64,000 nt of DNA from Lachnospiraceae bacterium. Lineage in GTDB: Bacteria > Spirochaetota > Spirochaetia > Treponematales > Treponemataceae. Positions 9,158 to 18,075 of this stretch are shown one piece after another. The stretch covers positions 26,534 to 90,533 of the forward strand of contig CAVJSA010000001.1 of NCBI GenBank assembly GCA_963651875.1, in the 5' to 3' direction. Position numbers and translations under genes: made by a program. The notes beneath the pieces were generated by a model that saw only the letters and a program-made list of their open reading frames with translations, did no database searches and was not told the origin of the DNA. Position 1 is the first letter of the stretch, and every line of letters starts with the position of its first letter.

Positions 9158-11152
9158 TTGAATGTGAAAGTTTTAAATTTTTGCTTTTCTTTAACGGCAA
9201 ATTCAACGGTGCTTTCTACTTCTTCAACTCCAGAACAGCAATATCAGAAAGTTTACAAAAAAATAATTTCGTTTTTATACCAGAATCCAGAATGTAAAAT
9301 GAGTTTTTCTTTTTCAGGTCCGCAGCTTGAGTGGTTTGAAAAAAAACATCCTGAAATTTTACAGATTTTTAGAGAACTCGTTGCAAGAAAACAAGTTGAA
9401 CTTTTAGGCGGAGGCTATTACAATCCGGTTTTTCCGTTTTTAGCTCCGGTTGACCGTTCCGGCCAGATTGAACTTCTTACGGCAGAATTAAGGCGAATTA
9501 CAGGAAAAAGACCGCGGGGACTTTCTATTTTAAGTTCTGTCTGGGACAATTCTTTAATTCCGTGCTTTCAAAACTGCGGAATGGAATGGATTCAATTAGA
9601 TTCTTCACTTATTCAGGAAAAAAACATTTATTATCTTCCGCTCATTTTAAGTGAACAGGGAAAAATTATGAAAATTCTTCCTGCTTACAGAAATCTTGAT
9701 TCAACAAAAACTCCGGAAGAATATTTAAAAGACATTTTTAATAAGATTGAAGAAAAAACAAAAGACGACGAATACTCTTCTTACGTAAGCGAAAGAACAA
9801 TTTTAGTTAATCTTGAACTTGAAAAATGCGAAAACATTGTTTCAAATGGCTGGCTTGAATCTTTTTTTAAAACCGTAAAAGAAAAGTTTAGCGAAAACGT
9901 AAAAATCTGCCTTCCTACCGAATATATCCACAAAGCCCAGGACTTTGTTCCTTCATTTATTGCAAGAGGAATCCGCGACGATGTAGCAAAATGGGCAGAC
10001 AAGCCATACGAACAGACACAAAAAGAAGGCGAAGTTCCTGTTTTAATAAACAATTTTCTTTTAACTTACAACCGTTGTCGTTCTCTTTACAATCGTGAAC
10101 TTTATATTTCAATGCTTATTTCTAACTGCCACGGCGACAAAGCCCGAAAAAACTGTGCACGTTCTTCTTTATGGAAGGCCCAGGCAGGAGAAACGATTTT
10201 GTGCTCGCCTGAAGGAATTTTTGCTGACAATGAATTAAGGCAGAATGCTTATAAAAACCTTACAGAAGCAGAAAAATTTGTTCGGGACGCAGCAGAATTT
10301 AAAGAATCAGTAACGAGTTTTGACTACAACGCAGACGGACACAATGAATACATCTGCTCGATGGAAAAATACACAGCCTGCATAAGCAGAAGATCCGGCC
10401 AGGTAAAAGAACTGAACATTATCCATAACAGTGGAAACTATGCTGACAATTTGCGCCGGATTAAAAAATTTGACGGAATAAACGACGACTACGAACGGGG
10501 ACTTTTTGTTGACCACATCTTTAGTAACGAAGAATTTGAAGATTACAAAAAAGGTCTTGAAAGTGGAGACGGTGTTTTTTCAAAGGTTTTATTTAAAGAA
10601 CAGGAATTTAACGGATTAAAACGAGAAATAAAAATAAGAGGCGAAGGCACATATTCTCTTTTGAATCTTCCGGTAAGTTTAAAAAAGCGATATTCGATTA
10701 ATTCAAATGGATTTACGGTTCAGTATATTTTAAAGAATGAAGGACCGATTCCTTTTAGCGGAACATTTGCAGTTGAATCAAATTTTGCACAAATGGATTT
10801 TTCTTCTCCAAAGACAAGTTCCTATAAATTAGATTTAATTTCTGCGGAAAACGGACTTTCTTACGAACCTGGTCAAACCGAAGTAAGTTTGAATGAAGTT
10901 TCTTTTATGCAGATTACAGACCTTTCTAACAATGTTTCTTTTGTTTACGAACCAAATGAAGAAGCAGGAATTGCATGCAGAACCCTGTATTTAAAACGTC
11001 CGACAGTAACTTCTCCACAGGCGCAGATTTCTGAAAACACATTTGTAGCTTCTCTTTACTGGAAAGTTGACCTTGCCGCCGGAATGGAAATGGAAAAAAC
11101 AATCAATTTTTCAATCATAATTCCAAAAAAACGCCGGGCAAAGAACAGCTGA
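9158..11152 (+). CDS. GH57-like alpha-amylase/4-alpha-glucanotransferase homologue with C-terminal beta domain
   Basis: SFSGPQLEW, QVELLGGGYYNP, DYNADGHNE and RGLFVDH motifs. Catalytic residues look altered. Confidence 0.75.
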   Translation: MNVKVLNFCFSLTANSTVLSTSSTPEQQYQKVYKKIISFLYQNPECKMSFSFSGPQLEWFEKKHPEILQIFRELVARKQVELLGGGYYNPVFPFLAPVDRSGQIELLTAELRRITGKRPRGLSILSSVWDNSLIPCFQNCGMEWIQLDSSLIQEKNIYYLPLILSEQGKIMKILPAYRNLDSTKTPEEYLKDIFNKIEEKTKDDEYSSYVSERTILVNLELEKCENIVSNGWLESFFKTVKEKFSENVKICLPTEYIHKAQDFVPSFIARGIRDDVAKWADKPYEQTQKEGEVPVLINNFLLTYNRCRSLYNRELYISMLISNCHGDKARKNCARSSLWKAQAGETILCSPEGIFADNELRQNAYKNLTEAEKFVRDAAEFKESVTSFDYNADGHNEYICSMEKYTACISRRSGQVKELNIIHNSGNYADNLRRIKKFDGINDDYERGLFVDHIFSNEEFEDYKKGLESGDGVFSKVLFKEQEFNGLKREIKIRGEGTYSLLNLPVSLKKRYSINSNGFTVQYILKNEGPIPFSGTFAVESNFAQMDFSSPKTSSYKLDLISAENGLSYEPGQTEVSLNEVSFMQITDLSNNVSFVYEPNEEAGIACRTLYLKRPTVTSPQAQISENTFVASLYWKVDLAAGMEMEKTINFSIIIPKKRRAKNS

Positions 11153-11154
11153 TT

Positions 11155-11390
11155 GCGTTGAGCTTTCGCGTTAAGGATTTTTGCGTGCAAGCGTTAAGGA
11201 TTTTTGCGTGCAAGCACGCTGCGAGTTTGCGTTGCAAACTCTTTATTTACGTGTGCGCTAAAGCGCACGGCTTAACGCTTTCGCGTTAAGGATTGTAGTG
11301 GCGCCGAAGGCGTTGCGTAGCAATGTAGGCGCGTTAGGCGCCGGAACCACGGAAAGCCTGACCGACGCTTTAGCGGCGGGAACGCCCGAA
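11155..11390. repeat. GC-rich multi-hairpin intergenic element (MITE/REP-like) with internal 23-bp tandem duplication
   Basis: GCGTTAAGGATTTTTGCGTGCAA twice (11168-11213); hairpins GAGTTTGC-GTT-GCAAACTC, GTGCGCT-AA-AGCGCAC and CTTAACGC-TTTC-GCGTTAAG; partial similarity to 30752-30860. Confidence 0.6.
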
Positions 11391-11452
11391 TTAAAAAATC
11401 CAAAAATTCAATCATTTGTATAAGAGCTTGAAATTTACTATAATTTTGCTCT

Positions 11453-13783
11453 ATGAAAAATATAAAGACTAAACGGCTTATCACTTCGGCTTTGCCTTAT
11501 GTAAACAATATTCCGCACCTTGGAAACCTTATCCAGATGCTTTCTGCAGATGTTTTTGCGCGTTTTTGCCGTTCACGCGGTTATGAGACGATGTATGTTT
11601 GTGGAACTGACGAATACGGAACTGCGACTGAAACAAAGGCCCTGCAGGACAAAAAAACTCCACGCGAACTTTGCGACTATTATTACAAGATTCACAAAGA
11701 AATTTATGAATGGTTCAATATCGCTTTTGACAAATTCGGACGCACTTCCAACGAAGAATGCACTCAGATTACTCAGTCAATTTTTAACGACCTGGACAAG
11801 AACGGCTTTATAAAAGAGCACACAAGCCAGCAGCTTTTCTGCCCAAAATGCAATATGTTCCTTGCCGACCGCTATGTTGACGGAACATGTCCTAAATGCG
11901 GAGCTACAGACGCAAGAGGAGATCAGTGCGACAGCTGCGGAACTCTCCTTGACCCGACTCAGCTTTTACAGCCTAGATGCCACACCTGCGGCTCAACTCC
12001 GGAAGTAAGGGAGACAAAACATCTTTACATTGACCTTCCTTCAATCGCTCCAAAACTTGAAGAATGGATGCAGGAGACAAGCGTAAAAGGAAAATGGGCT
12101 GCAAACGCAATCCAGATGACAAAGGCCTGGATCCGCGACGGCTTGAACGAGCGCGCAATTACACGCGACTTAAAATGGGGAATTCCTGTTCCAAAGGCAG
12201 GCTACGAAAACAAGGTTTTCTATGTCTGGTTCAACGCACCGATCGGTTATATGTCGATCACAAAACAGCTTGAAGACGAGCTTAAGGCTCAGGGAAAGCC
12301 TGGCTTTGACTGGCGAAAATGGTGGCTTCCTTCTGAAAGCACAGAAAAGTTTGCCGACGACGAAAATATCGAGCTTTTCCAGTTTATCGGCAAAGACAAT
12401 ATTCCGTTCCATACTGTTGTTTTCCCTTGCTCTGAAATCGGAACTGGCAAAGACTACACAAAACTCTATCATATGTCTTCGACAGAGTTTTTGAACTATG
12501 AAGACGGAAAGTTTTCAAAGTCGAAAGGTGTCGGAGTTTTTGGCTCGGACGCAAAAGAAAGCGGAATTCCTGCTGACGGCTGGAGATTCTACATTTACTA
12601 CAACAGACCAGAAAACCAGGACTACCAGTTTACATGGAAGGATTTTCAGGAAAAATACAATAAAGAGCTTATCGGAAACCTCGGAAACCTCGTAAACCGC
12701 ACGCTTTTATTTATCAATAAAAATTACGGTGGAAAAATTCCTGAAGGAAAAAAAGACGAGGCATTGTGGCAGCAGGTGATAGAAAAAGAAAAGAAGGCGA
12801 CGGAGCTTTTGGAATGGGCTGAGCTTAAAGACGCCCTCCACGTTATTCTTGAAATTTCTGACCTTTGCAACAAGGCTTTCCAGAGCGCAGAGCCGTGGAA
12901 GGCAATCAAGGAAAACAAGGAAGTTTCTGACAATGTTCTCTACAATCTTGCCTATGTTATTAAAGACCTTATGATTCTCCTTGAGCCTTATCTTCCGACA
13001 TACACTCAGGTTGTCGCAGGCTATCTCGGAAAGAAAATTCATTCTTCTACATTCGCTTGCCCTTGTGTTGAGCCTTGTCTTAGCTGGGACGACCTTGGAA
13101 AAATGGAAGGATTGAGCACGATTTCTGAAACTTCTGTATTCTTTACACCGCTCGACAACAAGACTGTAGACGCTTTCCGCGCAAAATTTGCAGGAAAGAA
13201 AGACGACAGCGAAAAGAAAGACAAAAAAGAAAAAAAGCAGCAGAAAAAAGCAGAACCAAAACCAGTCCTGACTCCAGAACAGCAGATTGAATTCTTCAAT
13301 AAAAACATTGAGCTTCGTGTTGCAAAAATTATTGACGTAAAGCCGAATCCGGAAGGCGAAAAACTTTATATCGAAACTCTCGACGACGGAAGCGGAAAAC
13401 CGCGCACAATCCAGTCAGGGCTTAGAATGTACTTAAAGGAAAGCGATCTTCTTGGAAAGCACGTTGTAATAGCTGCAAACCTTGCGCCACGCAAAATGCG
13501 CGGAGTAGAAAGCTATGGAATGCTTTTGGCAGGCGACTACAAGGACAAGGACGGCAAAGACTGTGTTGAAGTTCTCGACGCTTCGTGGGCAGAGCCTGGA
13601 ACAAAGGTTGTTCTCGAGGGCGCAGACGAAAATGTGGCTAAAAAAGAAGAAATTACAGGCAACGAATTCTTTAGTGTAAATATCAACGCTGTAAACGGCA
13701 TTGTTGAAATTGCAGGAAAAAAACTTCTCGCTTCTCAAAAAGAAATAAAGACTGTAAACGCAGTTAATTCACAGATCGGCTAA
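11453..13783 (+). CDS. metG: methionyl-tRNA synthetase with C-terminal tRNA-binding domain
   Basis: TSALPYVN..HLGN, Zn-knuckle CxxC pairs, GKDNIPFH, KFSKS, C-terminal NLAPRKMRGVESYGM. Confidence 0.97.
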   Translation: MKNIKTKRLITSALPYVNNIPHLGNLIQMLSADVFARFCRSRGYETMYVCGTDEYGTATETKALQDKKTPRELCDYYYKIHKEIYEWFNIAFDKFGRTSNEECTQITQSIFNDLDKNGFIKEHTSQQLFCPKCNMFLADRYVDGTCPKCGATDARGDQCDSCGTLLDPTQLLQPRCHTCGSTPEVRETKHLYIDLPSIAPKLEEWMQETSVKGKWAANAIQMTKAWIRDGLNERAITRDLKWGIPVPKAGYENKVFYVWFNAPIGYMSITKQLEDELKAQGKPGFDWRKWWLPSESTEKFADDENIELFQFIGKDNIPFHTVVFPCSEIGTGKDYTKLYHMSSTEFLNYEDGKFSKSKGVGVFGSDAKESGIPADGWRFYIYYNRPENQDYQFTWKDFQEKYNKELIGNLGNLVNRTLLFINKNYGGKIPEGKKDEALWQQVIEKEKKATELLEWAELKDALHVILEISDLCNKAFQSAEPWKAIKENKEVSDNVLYNLAYVIKDLMILLEPYLPTYTQVVAGYLGKKIHSSTFACPCVEPCLSWDDLGKMEGLSTISETSVFFTPLDNKTVDAFRAKFAGKKDDSEKKDKKEKKQQKKAEPKPVLTPEQQIEFFNKNIELRVAKIIDVKPNPEGEKLYIETLDDGSGKPRTIQSGLRMYLKESDLLGKHVVIAANLAPRKMRGVESYGMLLAGDYKDKDGKDCVEVLDASWAEPGTKVVLEGADENVAKKEEITGNEFFSVNINAVNGIVEIAGKKLLASQKEIKTVNAVNSQIG

Positions 13784-13792
13784 AAATTTTTA

Positions 13793-13848
13793 TGAAACGG
13801 GTTTAGAGATTCTTATCAAGAGCTTTAAGCCCGTTTCAATTCTTTTTT
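13793..13848 (+). terminator. probable intrinsic terminator after metG
   Basis: TGAAACGGGTTTAGAG...CTTTAAGCCCGTTTCA stem followed by a T-rich tract. Confidence 0.6.
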
Positions 13849-13891
13849 AAATCTAAAAACGGCTGATTTTTGCGCAACATAAAAAAACACT

Positions 13892-15199
13892 ATGGCTATT
13901 GAAGTTTACATTTTTGACTGTGACGGCGTTATTATTGATTCTGCCGAGGATATTGCAGATTCTGTAAATGCGTCGCTAAAACAAAGCGGCTATTGGACTG
14001 TTCCTCTTGAAAAAATAAAGGAATTTGTCGGAGACGGAACAGAAAAACTTTTGCTGCGCTCTCTTAAATTCTCCACAAAAAACAAATTTGACGAAAATTC
14101 AAGCTACGGAAAAGAAAGTTTTGACAAAATCCTAAAATTCTATCTTGAATATTATTATTCGCACGCAGTTGAAAAAACTCATCTTTATGCCGGAATAAAA
14201 GAGCTGTTGCGTGTCTTAAAATCAAAAGGAAAAAAAGTCTGCCTTCTTACAAACAAGCCTCAAAAAATCGCCGAGGTAATCTTAAACAAACTTGAAGTCC
14301 TTGAATATTTTGACTTTATAACTGGCCCTGATACCTTAGACGAAAACGGAAACAAAATCCCAAAAAAGCCAGAGCCGGACGGGTTAGCCTACAGTGTAAA
14401 AAAAATAAACGAAAAGTACAAAACTTCCTACAACGCTAAAAACGCAATAATGTTTGGAGACAGCGCGCAGGACATAATCGCAGGAAAAGCCTTTGGATGC
14501 ACGACTGTTGCCTGCCGTGGCGGAATCGGAAACACAAAGCTTTTGCTTGAACAGAATGCCGACCTTTGTTTTTCTGTCGCAAGTGAAGCAGAAAAGTTTA
14601 TCGACATTCTTTCTAAAGACGACGCCCTTACAGAAATTGAAAAATACGCAATGAAAAACGAAGTGCCTGTCTTACAGGACGAAGGAAGCGGTTTTATTGC
14701 AGATTATATCAAAGACAACAACGTAAAAACGATTCTCGAAATAGGAACTGCGATTGGAACTTCTTCAATCCGCTTTGCAAAGCTTAGAAAAGACATTCAT
14801 GTAACGACGATTGAAATTGACAAGGCGCGATACGAGCAGGCTGTAGAAAATGTAAAAAACGCAGGGCTGGAAAGTCAGATAACTTTGCTCTTTGGAGACG
14901 CGCTCACCGCAGATATTACTGGAAGTTTTGACCTTATTTTTATTGACGCGGCAAAAGCGCAGTACATCAATTTTTTTAACAGGTTTTCTCCATTGCTTTC
15001 TAAAAACGGAGTTATAATAAGCGACAATCTTTCGTTTCATGGAATGGTTGAAGACCTTAGCCTGACGCACAATTACAGCACAATAAAACTTGTAAAAAAA
15101 ATCAGAAAATATATTGAATTCTTAAAAACAAACGAAGATTTTGAAACTAACTTTTTTAAAATCGGAGACGGAATTTCAATCAGCAGAAAAAAAAATTAG
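13892..15199 (+). CDS. HAD phosphatase (phosphoglycolate phosphatase-like) fused to a class I O-methyltransferase (TrmR/YrrM-like)
   Basis: N-terminal FDCDGV, LTNKP, KPEP, MFGDS; C-terminal LEIGTAIGTS, FIDAAKAQY, SDN. Confidence 0.85.
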   Translation: MAIEVYIFDCDGVIIDSAEDIADSVNASLKQSGYWTVPLEKIKEFVGDGTEKLLLRSLKFSTKNKFDENSSYGKESFDKILKFYLEYYYSHAVEKTHLYAGIKELLRVLKSKGKKVCLLTNKPQKIAEVILNKLEVLEYFDFITGPDTLDENGNKIPKKPEPDGLAYSVKKINEKYKTSYNAKNAIMFGDSAQDIIAGKAFGCTTVACRGGIGNTKLLLEQNADLCFSVASEAEKFIDILSKDDALTEIEKYAMKNEVPVLQDEGSGFIADYIKDNNVKTILEIGTAIGTSSIRFAKLRKDIHVTTIEIDKARYEQAVENVKNAGLESQITLLFGDALTADITGSFDLIFIDAAKAQYINFFNRFSPLLSKNGVIISDNLSFHGMVEDLSLTHNYSTIKLVKKIRKYIEFLKTNEDFETNFFKIGDGISISRKKN

Positions 15200-15322
15200 G
15201 AAATTCTGATTACTTTTAACCTTCGTTCAAAAGGCAAATCGCAACTGTGCCGAACACATCTCAAAACAATGGCGTTTATTGTTACAAGTTAAAATTTCTG
15301 TTAAACTTTGTTCGGTATTTTT

Positions 15323-16396
15323 ATGACAACACGTTTTCAACAGTCTGACTTCTGGCGCGATTTTAAATGCGCTCATGGATGGAATTCCTTTAATACAGAT
15401 AAAATCAATGTTCTTTACAGAACTTTTTCAAAAGGCCCGTTAAATTTTTCTTTATGCTACGTTCCGATGGCGCCTGAATATAACCCAAAGTCTTTGGTTC
15501 CGGGCTTTGCTGAACAGGCAGAAGGGGAAGTTCAATATATAAAAAGCCTTAACGACTTTGCTCAAAAAATAAAACCTAGCCTTCCGAAAAACACGCTTTG
15601 TGTGCGTTTTGACATTCCTCTCGACATGCCGACAGTAGAAGTCCGAAACGATTATCTTTTCAGATTGCCAGAGCTTTCAAAAACTGCAAAAGTTGAATTA
15701 AAAAAGCCTGCAGCAGACATTCAGCCTCCGGACAGCACTTTTCTTGACCTTTCATTAACGCAAGACGAGCTTTTAGCGAACATGAAGAACAAGTGGCGAT
15801 ACAATATCCGCTATGCGCAAAAACATTCTGTAAAGGTAAGGGCAGTTACCGCAAGTTCGCCGGATTTTGAAAAAGACTTAGACTCATTTTATTCTCTCTA
15901 CAAAGAAACCGCCGAGAGGGACGGAATAGGGCTGCATCCGCTTTCGTATTATAAAGACCTTTTAGTGCGCGGAGAAACTTCAACTGGCACAGACTGCGAA
16001 ACAAAAATCACTCTTTATATTGCAAATCACGAAGAAGAAGATTTGGCTGCAATCATTACGCTTTTCCAGAAAGACGAGGCAATTTATCTTTACGGCTGCT
16101 CTTCAAACAAAAAACGTAACCTTATGCCAAATTACCTTGTTCAATGGACAGCAATCACAGACGCAAAAAACTACGGCTCAAAGATTTATGATTTTTACGG
16201 AATTCCTCCGACAGGAAGCGAAAATCATCCGATGCATGGACTCTATCTTTTTAAGACGGGATTCGGCGGAAGAGAAGTTCACCGGCCGGGAAGCGTTGAT
16301 ATTCCGCTGAGACGTTTTTACAGGCTCTATGTTTTTGCGGAAAACCTTCGCGCGTTCTGGCACAAAAAAGTAATGAAGAAAATCAGGGGAAGATAA
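15323..16396 (+). CDS. FemAB/FemX-family peptidoglycan bridge aminoacyltransferase
   Basis: FQQSDFW, KWRYNIR, YLYGCSS, NYLVQW, YDFYGI, GLYLFKTGFGG. Confidence 0.9.
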   Translation: MTTRFQQSDFWRDFKCAHGWNSFNTDKINVLYRTFSKGPLNFSLCYVPMAPEYNPKSLVPGFAEQAEGEVQYIKSLNDFAQKIKPSLPKNTLCVRFDIPLDMPTVEVRNDYLFRLPELSKTAKVELKKPAADIQPPDSTFLDLSLTQDELLANMKNKWRYNIRYAQKHSVKVRAVTASSPDFEKDLDSFYSLYKETAERDGIGLHPLSYYKDLLVRGETSTGTDCETKITLYIANHEEEDLAAIITLFQKDEAIYLYGCSSNKKRNLMPNYLVQWTAITDAKNYGSKIYDFYGIPPTGSENHPMHGLYLFKTGFGGREVHRPGSVDIPLRRFYRLYVFAENLRAFWHKKVMKKIRGR

Positions 16397-16402
16397 TAAT
16401 TT

Positions 16403-17323
16403 ATGGAAGCATTTGTTTTAGGCTGCGGAGGCATGATGCCTCTTCCTTACCGCCACTTAACTTCAGTTTTGCTAAGACGAAAAGGCGATTTATTTTTGTT
16501 TGACTGCGGAGAGGGAACCCAGGTTTCTCTAAAAAGACTGAACTTAAAATGGAAAAAGATTGACGCGATTTTTATTTCGCATACTCATGCTGACCATGTT
16601 ACGGGCCTGCCTGGAATTTTAATGCTCAATTCCCAGGTAGAACGAAAAGAGCCACTTTACATTTACGGACCTCCAAAAATAAAGGAATATGTAGAAACAA
16701 GCAGAAGCGTTCTTGACATGTACATAAACTATCCGATTATCGTAAAAGAAATTACAGCTCCGACAGTTGTTCACTCAGGAGACGGATTTTATGTAAGGGC
16801 TTTTCCTTTGCAGCACACAAAAACCTGCGTAGGCTACACACTCGAAGAACTCGACAGACCGGGAGAATTCAACGTAGAAAAGGCTCTTGCACTTGGACTA
16901 AAGCCTGGTCCTGTTTTTGGAAAACTGCAGAAAGGCGAGACAGTTGTTCTTGAAGACGGAAGGACAATAAAACCAGAAGATGTAATGGGCGAAAAACGAA
17001 GCGGAAGAAAATTCAGCTTTGTGACAGACACTCTTTATCTTCCGTCGATTGCAAAGGAAGTTCAGGGAAGCGACCTTTTAATCTGTGAAGGAATGTTTGC
17101 CGACGACTGCGAAGACCAGGCAAGAGAAAAAAAGCACATGACAAGCCGCCAGTCTGCGACTATTGCCCGGGATTCTGCCTCAAAGAGAATGGCGATGATT
17201 CATTACAGCCCGCGTTATACAGACAAGGAACTGTCAGTTTTGCTTGAACAGGCACAGCAGGTTTACCCGAATGCAGAACTCACTCATGACAGAATGCATT
17301 TTGAAATTCCTTTTGAAGACTGA
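16403..17323 (+). CDS. rnz: ribonuclease Z
   Basis: FDCGEGTQ, SHTHADH, exosite GLKPGP, KKHMT, IHYSPRY. Confidence 0.93.
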   Translation: MEAFVLGCGGMMPLPYRHLTSVLLRRKGDLFLFDCGEGTQVSLKRLNLKWKKIDAIFISHTHADHVTGLPGILMLNSQVERKEPLYIYGPPKIKEYVETSRSVLDMYINYPIIVKEITAPTVVHSGDGFYVRAFPLQHTKTCVGYTLEELDRPGEFNVEKALALGLKPGPVFGKLQKGETVVLEDGRTIKPEDVMGEKRSGRKFSFVTDTLYLPSIAKEVQGSDLLICEGMFADDCEDQAREKKHMTSRQSATIARDSASKRMAMIHYSPRYTDKELSVLLEQAQQVYPNAELTHDRMHFEIPFED

Positions 17324-17329
17324 TTTAAC

Positions 17330-18049
17330 ATGATAAAGTTAGAAAATTTTACAAAGGTTTACGGCAATTTTACGGCTTTAGATAAAATTAACTGCACGTT
17401 CGAAGATAATCTTATTACAGGAATTTTAGGGCCAAACGGAGCAGGAAAGACAACCTTATTAAAAGCAATTTGTGGACGTCACTGTGCTTCAGATGGAAAA
17501 ATTCTTGTAACTACAAACCAGGGGGCAGAAATTGACGCTAGCGAAGAAATTCAAAAAATCCGGAATCTTACAGGCTTTGTCCAGGAAGCAGCGGAGTTTC
17601 CCGGCGAATATACAGTAAAAGAATTTTTAACTTTAGTATGTGAACTTCATAATTATCCTAAAGAAAATATTGAAGAATGTATAAAACTTTTTTCGCTGAA
17701 TGATGTTTTATATAAAAAGACAGGAACTCTTTCTAAAGGTTATAAAGAAAGACTGAACTTTGCCCAGGCATTTGTCTATAAACCGGAAATTCTTGTTTTA
17801 GATGAACCTGCAAGCGGATTAGATCCACAGCAGATAATAAACATGAGGCAAAGTGTAAAACTTTTGGCAAAGACTCACACGATTATTCTTTCTACGCATC
17901 TTATGCAGGAAGCTGAAAGCCTTTGCGACAAAATTATTATTCTCAACCATGGAAAGATTCTTGCCAGCGGAACAATAGAAGAGATTTTATTAAAAACAAA
18001 ATGCAGCAAACTAGAAGAAGCTTTTTTTAAGCTTATTCAAAATTCTTAA
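17330..18049 (+). CDS. ABC transporter ATP-binding protein (GldA-like)
   Basis: GPNGAGKTT, LSKGYKER, LDEPASGLDP, STH. Confidence 0.9.
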   Translation: MIKLENFTKVYGNFTALDKINCTFEDNLITGILGPNGAGKTTLLKAICGRHCASDGKILVTTNQGAEIDASEEIQKIRNLTGFVQEAAEFPGEYTVKEFLTLVCELHNYPKENIEECIKLFSLNDVLYKKTGTLSKGYKERLNFAQAFVYKPEILVLDEPASGLDPQQIINMRQSVKLLAKTHTIILSTHLMQEAESLCDKIIILNHGKILASGTIEEILLKTKCSKLEEAFFKLIQNS

Positions 18050-18075
18050 AAAAACTGCGAAAAAAATTAAAAAAT

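Noticed and set aside
11272..11484. 70-aa minus-strand ORF, and the idea of a T-box/SAM leader for metG
   Set aside because: The ORF merely spans the structured repeat. I saw no T-box or S-box consensus, and a plausible promoter (TTGTAT..TATAAT) lies between the repeat and metG.
12219..12250. MetRS YVWFNAPIGY instead of the usual YVWFDA
   Set aside because: A single substitution that could be natural variation or a base error; it cannot be assessed here.
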